From an uncultured Gammaproteobacteria bacterium (lineage in GTDB: Bacteria > Patescibacteriota > Microgenomatia > Levybacterales > GWA1-39-11), in assembly GCA_964409875.1 (NCBI GenBank), contig CAYPEN010000002.1, positions 338,630 through 402,629 on the forward strand: a stretch of DNA of 64,000 nucleotides, in the 5' to 3' direction. Positions 57,708-64,000 of this stretch are shown here, one piece after another; the stretch's first letter is position 1, and each line of letters opens with the position of its first letter. The notes beneath the pieces are model-generated. The model was given only the letters and a program-made list of their open reading frames with translations. It did no database searches and was not told the DNA's origin. The position numbers and the translations under genes were made by a program.

Positions 57708-58265
57708 ATGAGCAGAAAGGTGCAAATATGGTTTGGTAATATATTAATCGCAGTTTCCCTTTTAGGGTTGCTGTTAATTTATTACCCGCTTGCGAAAGAA
57801 TTTCTTTTTCCTCCACATTTTAGCGCTTCTCAAAAAGCAAAGATCGAGTTTTCAGTGGAAATTCCTTCAATTAACGTTTTTTCGCCGGTCATAGCCAATG
57901 TTGACCCTTTTAACCCCAATGAATATCTTGAGAAGCTGAAAAACGGGGTTGCGCATGCAAAGGGAACAAGTTTGCCGGGCCAAAAGGGAACGATATACCT
58001 ATTTGCTCATTCCTCAGACGTTCCATGGAGAATAACACGCTACAACACGGCTTTTTTCAAGCTGCCTTTTGTGAAAAAGGGGGATAGAATAATTATCAGA
58101 AAAGACGGGAAAGTGTATAACTATAAAGTCACTGATGAGAAAACGGTGTGGCCAAATGAAGTTAGTTATTTAAAAAATTCGCAAGGGAATATATTAATTC
58201 TTCAAACGTGCGTGCCGGTGGGGACGTCTTTGCAGCGTCTACTGGTTTTTGCAAAACCATTTTGA
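57708..58265 (+). CDS. Sortase
   Basis: N-terminal TM; GVAH..G.S.PG..G..YLFAHS; LQTC (TLxTC-like); RLLVFA; His/Cys/Arg triad. Confidence 0.92.
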   Translation: MSRKVQIWFGNILIAVSLLGLLLIYYPLAKEFLFPPHFSASQKAKIEFSVEIPSINVFSPVIANVDPFNPNEYLEKLKNGVAHAKGTSLPGQKGTIYLFAHSSDVPWRITRYNTAFFKLPFVKKGDRIIIRKDGKVYNYKVTDEKTVWPNEVSYLKNSQGNILILQTCVPVGTSLQRLLVFAKPF

Positions 58266-58287
58266 ACAATTGTATTTTTCCCAAAAA

Positions 58288-58315
58288 CAAACCCCCTCGC
58301 GAGGGAGGGGGTTTG
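58288..58315. terminator. Bidirectional terminator between convergent genes
   Basis: CAAACCCCCTC / GAGGGGGTTTG perfect 11-bp stem. Confidence 0.8.
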
Positions 58316-58340
58316 AAAATTCTTGCAAGAAAATTTTTAG

Positions 58341-58955
58341 TTATGGTGTTTGTGTGTTGGTATTTGATGAACCGCCTACCATTACACTCACGCCAGTTGT
58401 AGCTGTTCCAGATGTAATGCTGCTTCCAGATCCAACATTGAAGCTAGAGCTATTTCCTCCTGTATCTGAGCTTGCATTTACCTGAGTCACTGCAACAGTT
58501 TCATTGCCTTGTTCAACAGTGTTAGTGCTGCCGTTGACAACTACTATCTTGTTGTAGGAGAAAGCTCCAGTACCCGAGATCCCGGCTGTATTTGTAGAGT
58601 TATTAGCTCCACATCCGCAGGAAGAACCAGTATTTGTATTGGTGCTTCCGCCAACAGTTACTCCTACTGAAGTTGTAGCTGTTCCGGAAGTTACTGTGTT
58701 AGTTCCGCCTACATTAAAACTGGACTTATTTCCGCCTGTATTGCTTCCGGCATTAACACCGGTAATAGCAGTTGTTCCATTCACTTGTGTTACGGAAGTG
58801 CTTGAAAGATTAACAACCTTAATCTTGTTGTAGGAGAAAGCTCCTGTTCCAGATATAGCAACAGTATTTGTTGCGGCAAATGATGCCGGGGCTACTACAG
58901 CCGCCACCATTGAACCGAGTACTATTGCTGATGTCAATTTTTGTTTGATATTCAT
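58341..58955 (-). CDS. Short secreted Asn/Thr/Gly repeat protein (2 units, no anchor)
   Basis: Signal peptide (PASFA|A); two ISGTGAFSYNKI...TGGN.SSFNVG units joined by SCGCG; SD AGGAGGTG. Confidence 0.82.
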   Translation of the reverse strand: MNIKQKLTSAIVLGSMVAAVVAPASFAATNTVAISGTGAFSYNKIKVVNLSSTSVTQVNGTTAITGVNAGSNTGGNKSSFNVGGTNTVTSGTATTSVGVTVGGSTNTNTGSSCGCGANNSTNTAGISGTGAFSYNKIVVVNGSTNTVEQGNETVAVTQVNASSDTGGNSSSFNVGSGSSITSGTATTGVSVMVGGSSNTNTQTP

Positions 58956-58959
58956 ATAT

Positions 58960-59165
58960 TTCACCTCCTCTCCTTGAAAAAAGCCTGCCAAAACGCGATT
59001 TACGTTTTGAAAGCACAAAAAAACCCTTCGCGACTGCTTAGGGTTGATATGCGCAATTTGTAACTCTCATGGGCAGGTTCGATTTGGTAAATTCCAGAAT
59101 AAATTCAGGGGCAAGAAGAATTTAGATTAGAGCTATTATATGAATAGCCAGTCCATATCTGTCAA
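58960..59165 (-). promoter_or_regulatory. Promoter and structured leader with terminator-like hairpin
   Basis: Minus-strand TTGACA 59165-59160, TATAAT 59140-59135 (19-bp spacer); AACCCT...AGGGTT plus T-run 59045-59017. Confidence 0.55.
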
Positions 59166-59268
59166 TACGGACAAAATGTATATTTGTGACATTAACGATA
59201 TCAATTGTAAGAACTGATATTTTTGTATCGCAATTGATGTATTTAGTGTTCTTTTTGAGGCTTTTACC

Positions 59269-59347
59269 TTGACTTTGGGGCTCAATTTCTGTTAAAATAC
59301 CAGTAATTAAAGTGTCGGTGGGAGTGTAAGGCTACCCACCGTTTTTT
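59269..59347 (+). promoter_or_regulatory. nusA promoter and leader attenuator-like hairpin
   Basis: TTGACT 59269, TAAAAT 59293; CGGTGGG/CCCACCG stem plus T6, resembling the rimP-nusA leader. Confidence 0.6.
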
Positions 59348-59351
59348 GAAT

Positions 59352-60365
59352 ATGCCGGCAATACAAAGAAGCGAGTTCGCTCTCGCCCTCAACCAAATCG
59401 CAACTGAAAGGGGCGTTGACCCTGAAATAATTCTTGAGAGTATCAAGAGTGCAATACTCGCGGCCTACAAGAAAGACCATGTCCCCTCAAGACCCGATAC
59501 CGAAGAAGTGGAGGGTGAAGCCGAAAAATATTCAGCTGAGATAAACTCAAATACCGGTGAAACAAAAATCATGTACGAGGGAAAAGACGTAACGCCTCCC
59601 GGTTTTGGACGCATTGCAACCCAGACAGCAAAGCAGGTTCTGCTCCAAAAAATCCGCGAAAGGGAAAAGGATGCCATCATGTCCGAATACACAAAAAGGA
59701 TTGGGACAGTTGTGAATGGTATGATTTTACGTTTTGCCGGAAGTGCAATTGTCGTTGATATCGGCAAAGCTGAGGCTATTATTCCTCCACAACACAGAAT
59801 TCAAAATGAGAATTACTATCTCAATAAGAAAATATCCGTTTATATCGTTGAAATTGCAGAGGATGAAAAGCGCGGACGCGAGATTATCGTCTCCCGCACC
59901 CATCCGGGACTTTTGGAAGGGCTTTTGAGACGGGAAGTTCCTGAAGTTGCAGCCGGAAGTGTAGTTGTTAAGGAAATTGTGAGAGAGCCGGGCTCTAGAG
60001 CTAAAATTGCAGTCTCATCAGACCAATCAGGCATTGATCCTGTAGGCTCATGCGTCGGTCAAAAAGGTGTCAGAATTCAAGCAGTGATTGATGCAGTAGA
60101 CGGGCTCGAAAAGATTGACGTTATTCAATGGAATAATGATAGTAGCCGTTTCATCGCAAACGCCCTTTCTCCAGCCAAAAATCTCACAATTGAACTGAAT
60201 GAGAAAGAAAAAGTTGCAACGGTCAAAGCTCCAAAAGAGGAATTGCCGCTTATCATAGGAAAAGAGGGGCAGAATGTAAGACTTGCGTCAAAATTGACAG
60301 GTTACAGCATTGAAGTTGAAGGTACCGATGCTCCGGCCGAAGAGGCGTCTGAGGCCCAAGCGTAA
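59352..60365 (+). CDS. nusA: Transcription termination/antitermination factor NusA
   Basis: FGRIATQTAKQV, REPGSRAKIAV, DPVGSCVG.KG.RI, IGKEGQNVRLASKLTG. Confidence 0.96.
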   Translation: MPAIQRSEFALALNQIATERGVDPEIILESIKSAILAAYKKDHVPSRPDTEEVEGEAEKYSAEINSNTGETKIMYEGKDVTPPGFGRIATQTAKQVLLQKIREREKDAIMSEYTKRIGTVVNGMILRFAGSAIVVDIGKAEAIIPPQHRIQNENYYLNKKISVYIVEIAEDEKRGREIIVSRTHPGLLEGLLRREVPEVAAGSVVVKEIVREPGSRAKIAVSSDQSGIDPVGSCVGQKGVRIQAVIDAVDGLEKIDVIQWNNDSSRFIANALSPAKNLTIELNEKEKVATVKAPKEELPLIIGKEGQNVRLASKLTGYSIEVEGTDAPAEEASEAQA

Positions 60366-60389
60366 CATGAAAGCCATTACCTTTACATT

Positions 60390-61847
60390 ATGGAAAAAAC
60401 AACAGATATCAACAAAAAGTATCCTCCTGTCGTATCAGTTCTAGGTCACGTTGACCACGGAAAAACAACTCTCCTTGATGCTATCAGAAAGAGTAATATT
60501 GCAACTCGTGAAGCGGGAGGTATCACCCAGGCAATCGGGGCTTCGAAAATAGAAGTAACCCACGAAGGTAAGAATCGGTTTATAACTTTTATTGATACAC
60601 CCGGTCACGAAGCTTTTTCCAATATGCGCTCACATGGGGTATCCGCTTCCGACATTGTACTGTTGGTTGTTGCAGCAGATGACGGAGTAAAGCCTCAAAC
60701 CAAAGAATCTATTGAGAAAATCCTCGCCTCCGGTCTTCCCTTTATTGTTGTCATCACAAAAACCGATGCGCCGGGTGCCAATATCGAAAAGGTAAAACAA
60801 GAGCTTGCAAAAGAAAATGTTCTTTTGGAAGGGTTGGGCGGAAATGTGCCTTATATTGGTGTAAGCGCAAAAACCGGTGACAAAATAGCAGACCTTCTTG
60901 ACCTTATCGTTATTGTGTATGATCTGTCGGAAATTGAAAAGCGTACGGAGTCTGAATTTTTGGGTATTGTTATTGAGGCAAAGTTAGATAAAAGACGGGG
61001 AATTTTGGCTTCTATTGTCGTTAAGAGTGGTGTTTTGAAGGTAGGAGATAAGGTTTTTACAGAACACAAAGAAGCGGGTAAGGTACGGGCGCTTATCAAC
61101 CCTCTTGGCCAACAAATTAAAGAGGCAACACCGGGTGAGGCAGTTGAGGTTCTGGGTTTTTCCGAAGTACTTCCCGCGGGAAGCATTCTTAACACGACGG
61201 CAACTACCACACCGGCAAAACAGACTGCATTAACAACTCATTCAGCTGCTGATCTCATGAAAATACTTACGGCAAAAGTAAATGAGAAGTTGCCGGTAGT
61301 TGTAAAGACACAAACAAGCGGTGAATTTGAGGCTGTTTTGCAAGCCCTTCCCGAGGACGTGGAAGTTGTATATGAGGGGCGCGGAGAAATTTCCGTATCT
61401 GATGTATTGATGGCCCGGGATTTTAACGCAATTATTGTCGGGTTCAATGTCGATATAGAAAAACAGGCGAAAGTTCTTGCGGATTCCCAAAAAACATTCT
61501 ATAGGACATATAATATTATCTATAATATGTTGGACGAATTGAAAGATGCGGTTGAGCTTATCCGTGAGAGAGCTAAAAGAAAAATTAATGGAAAGGCGCA
61601 GATTCTTGCCGTTTTTGAAGGAAATGAAGGTCAGATATTGGGTGTGAGGGTGCAGGAGGGGAGACTTGCACTGAACGATAAAATAATCATTACCCGGGGC
61701 GAAGATGAAACACCCGAAACAAAAATAGTCAGCCTCAAACAAAGCAAAAAAGATGTGAAAGAGGTAGGAAAAGGGAATGAATGCGGTATTATGATTGACC
61801 CGCAAGTTGACTTTACTATAGGTGATATGGTAATATCGTGTTCTTAG
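60390..61847 (+). CDS. infB: Translation initiation factor IF-2 (no N-terminal extension)
   Basis: GHVDHGKTT, EAGGITQ, DTPGHEAF, ECGI. Confidence 0.95.
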   Translation: MEKTTDINKKYPPVVSVLGHVDHGKTTLLDAIRKSNIATREAGGITQAIGASKIEVTHEGKNRFITFIDTPGHEAFSNMRSHGVSASDIVLLVVAADDGVKPQTKESIEKILASGLPFIVVITKTDAPGANIEKVKQELAKENVLLEGLGGNVPYIGVSAKTGDKIADLLDLIVIVYDLSEIEKRTESEFLGIVIEAKLDKRRGILASIVVKSGVLKVGDKVFTEHKEAGKVRALINPLGQQIKEATPGEAVEVLGFSEVLPAGSILNTTATTTPAKQTALTTHSAADLMKILTAKVNEKLPVVVKTQTSGEFEAVLQALPEDVEVVYEGRGEISVSDVLMARDFNAIIVGFNVDIEKQAKVLADSQKTFYRTYNIIYNMLDELKDAVELIRERAKRKINGKAQILAVFEGNEGQILGVRVQEGRLALNDKIIITRGEDETPETKIVSLKQSKKDVKEVGKGNECGIMIDPQVDFTIGDMVISCS

Positions 61848-61879
61848 TCCTCATTTTATAGTTTGAGCCTAAGTTTTTT

Positions 61880-63178
61880 ATGAATCCGACAATTACGCAG
61901 GAAATCAATGCATTAAGGGATTTTCTCGACCAAAGTAACGAATTGGGCATCATAATAGGTCTTCATCAGAATCTTGATACTGTATCCTCTGCCCTTGCAC
62001 TGTATCTCTCGCTTACCCAGGCAGGTAAAAAAGTGCAAATCATCTCAAAAAAACAACCGACCGTTGAAATCTCAAATTTAGTTGGTGTTGATAAAATTAA
62101 AGACGGTTTTGTTGGCAATACCGGAAAACTTATCGTTTCTCTTCCATATGTAAAAGGTGAAGTCGAGAAAGTGCTTTTTACTGAGGCTCCAAATACCATC
62201 AATTTTCATTTGACTGCAGCACCAGACAGAAGCATCACCCCATTTGATGTAAATGATGTAAAGCTCATATGGGAAGGCGGCGCGCCAGAGGCTGTAATTA
62301 CTTTTGGGGTGGGGACACCTGATGAATTGAATGGAATAATCGACACCAATAGCTCAAAGATAGTCAATATCGACAATTATCCGGGGAATACACGCTTTGG
62401 CGACGTAGTACTTGTCGATGAAAGCTTTTCATCTCTTTCTGAAATTGTAGGTAAAGTTCTCAAAGACCTACAATTTCCAATGGATATGGATATTGCGCAA
62501 AACATTTTAGATGGGGTTTTGTTCGCTACCAGAAATTTCACAAAACAAAATACTTCTCCACTTGCATTTGAGGCAGCTTCTGCGGCTATGTACCATGGAG
62601 CACAGAGAAAATTGGAGGAACAACAAGGAAGGCGGGAACAAGGTATGAATCCGCAACGCTCACAACAGAACCAGGATAGGAATAGGGGAGAGCAACAAAG
62701 GAATCCCCAACATGGAAGACAGCGTGGTGCGTCCTTCAGCTCTCAAAGGGGTTCGACTTTTGATTCTCAAAGGAGTTCGACCTTTGATTCTCAAAGGGTG
62801 AATGATACCGATTTTCCGGCAATGCATATGCAGAATAACCGAGGACAAAATCAACAACAAGAGAGTAGACGGGATAACCAGATGAGAGCGCCTCAGCCTC
62901 AAAACCCTCCACGCATGAGTCAGCAATTCGCAGGAAATGAGCCTCAGAGAACCCAAGATATCCGTGAGAAGATTATGAGGGAAACACGCCCGTCTTATGA
63001 GCCTCAAGATAGAGTCGAGGATGCCCAATTAGTAAATGAGCCTAGTATGCAGAGTCAGCAACCGGTTGAGGATACAAGAATGCCTCAAGAGCCATCATTT
63101 GAGAACCAAAACAATGAAGAGATTCCAGATGATTGGCTGATGCCCAAAGTCTTCAAAAGCTCCAAGAACAATAATTAG
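61880..63178 (+). CDS. Degenerate DHH/NrnA-like protein with Gln/Arg-rich disordered tail
   Basis: DHH-fold pattern (H...D..SSALAL; NIDNY in place of IDHH; SSLSEIV); position after infB. Confidence 0.65.
   Translation: MNPTITQEINALRDFLDQSNELGIIIGLHQNLDTVSSALALYLSLTQAGKKVQIISKKQPTVEISNLVGVDKIKDGFVGNTGKLIVSLPYVKGEVEKVLFTEAPNTINFHLTAAPDRSITPFDVNDVKLIWEGGAPEAVITFGVGTPDELNGIIDTNSSKIVNIDNYPGNTRFGDVVLVDESFSSLSEIVGKVLKDLQFPMDMDIAQNILDGVLFATRNFTKQNTSPLAFEAASAAMYHGAQRKLEEQQGRREQGMNPQRSQQNQDRNRGEQQRNPQHGRQRGASFSSQRGSTFDSQRSSTFDSQRVNDTDFPAMHMQNNRGQNQQQESRRDNQMRAPQPQNPPRMSQQFAGNEPQRTQDIREKIMRETRPSYEPQDRVEDAQLVNEPSMQSQQPVEDTRMPQEPSFENQNNEEIPDDWLMPKVFKSSKNNN
62741..62798 (+). repeat. 2.4 copies of a 24-bp palindromic unit inside the CDS
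   Basis: TCTCAAAGG(G/A)GTTCGAC(T/C)TTTGAT twice plus TCTCAAAGGG. Confidence 0.8.
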
Positions 63179-63271
63179 AAATACGATTAGAACGGTAACT
63201 GTTGTAATTTTGCCTCAGTTTTGCTAGAATACGTATCTACGGGGTTTGCAAAAGACAACCTTGTTATAAAT

Positions 63272-63541
63272 ATGCCATTACGACGCGAAGAAAAAGAAGT
63301 AATTATAAAAGATAATGCCGTTATTGACGGGGATACCGGATCACCTGAAGTGCAGATTGCACTTCTTACTCACAAGATCCAAAAATTGACCGACCACTTG
63401 AAAATTCATCAAAAAGATTTTCATAGTAGACGTGGACTTCTAAATATGTTATCAAAGAGAAGAAGGCTGTTTAACTTTTTAATGAAAGTTGATAAGAACC
63501 GAGCCGATGGGATCGGGAAAAAAGTTGGCCTCGCCAAGTGA
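63272..63541 (+). CDS. rpsO: 30S ribosomal protein S15
   Basis: DTGSPEVQIALLT...H.KDFHSRRGLL; ATG 63272. Confidence 0.96.
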   Translation: MPLRREEKEVIIKDNAVIDGDTGSPEVQIALLTHKIQKLTDHLKIHQKDFHSRRGLLNMLSKRRRLFNFLMKVDKNRADGIGKKVGLAK

Positions 63542-63610
63542 GTTTAAAAACTCGTTTCTAACTACAATTACTTGTTGGTTGTTGGGGGAGCAAAAAAATA
63601 AATTAATAAA

Positions 63611-64000
63611 ATGTCACAAAAAGTTTTCTCAAAAACGTTAGACCTTAACGGTAAACAAATTACATTTGAAACAGGGACGCTTGCACAGCTTGCGACTTCC
63701 TCTGTTCTTGCACGGATGGGAGATACGGTTGTATTGGCAACCGTCACAATGGGAAGAAACGACACGACGCTTGATTATTTCCCACTTTCCGTTGAATACG
63801 TAGAGCATTTGTATGCCGGAGGCAAAATTAAAGGTTCCCGTTGGGTAAAGCGTGAAGGAAGACCTTCAGACGACGCAGTTTTAACAGGCCGTCTCATTGA
63901 CCGCTCAATCCGTCCGCTTTTCCCTAAAGAGTTAAAAAAAGACGTTCAAGTTATCGTGAATGTGTTGTCCGCAGACGGAGTAAACGACCCCGATATTCTC
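63611..64000 (+). CDS. pnp: Polyribonucleotide nucleotidyltransferase, 5' part
   Basis: ETGTLAQLATSSV...DYFPLSVEY...KREGRPSD...RLIDRSIRPLFP; runs off the window. Confidence 0.95.
   Translation, partial: MSQKVFSKTLDLNGKQITFETGTLAQLATSSVLARMGDTVVLATVTMGRNDTTLDYFPLSVEYVEHLYAGGKIKGSRWVKREGRPSDDAVLTGRLIDRSIRPLFPKELKKDVQVIVNVLSADGVNDPDIL

Noticed and set aside
63239-63265. rpsO leader hairpin as an S15 autoregulatory element
   Set aside because: Only a weak G-U-rich stem, which cannot be supported without comparative data

Overview
Gene-dense bacterial chromosome segment. Compact proteins (short HrcA, IF-2, MetG), many pilins, Pro/Thr-rich surface proteins and rare Shine-Dalgarno sites suggest a Candidate Phyla Radiation (Patescibacteria, probably Microgenomates) genome; this is an inference. 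From left to right: (1) a heat-shock region (hsp20, hrcA-grpE-dnaK, dnaJ) with two variant CIRCE operators, interrupted by a pilin / VirB6-like / Clp-ATPase / M4-protease block; (2) speD and transport genes; (3) a two-component cassette flanking a type IV pilus operon; (4) a membrane-anchored Clp ATPase, metabolic genes, tgt, mutY, and RND and MacAB-type exporters; (5) an unusual locus at about 51.3-59.2 kb; (6) nusA-infB-DHH-like-rpsO-pnp. The 51-59 kb locus is the best candidate for an undescribed system. It encodes four paralogous secreted Asn/Thr/Gly repeat proteins with CxC-type linkers (one with an LPATG anchor), a sortase and a DUF2292/YezD-like small protein, and it has structured leaders with terminator/antiterminator architecture. 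It may be a regulated, sortase-anchored amyloid/beta-solenoid surface fibre. No rRNA, tRNA, CRISPR array or transposase was recognised. All calls come from reading the sequence by eye, with no database search.
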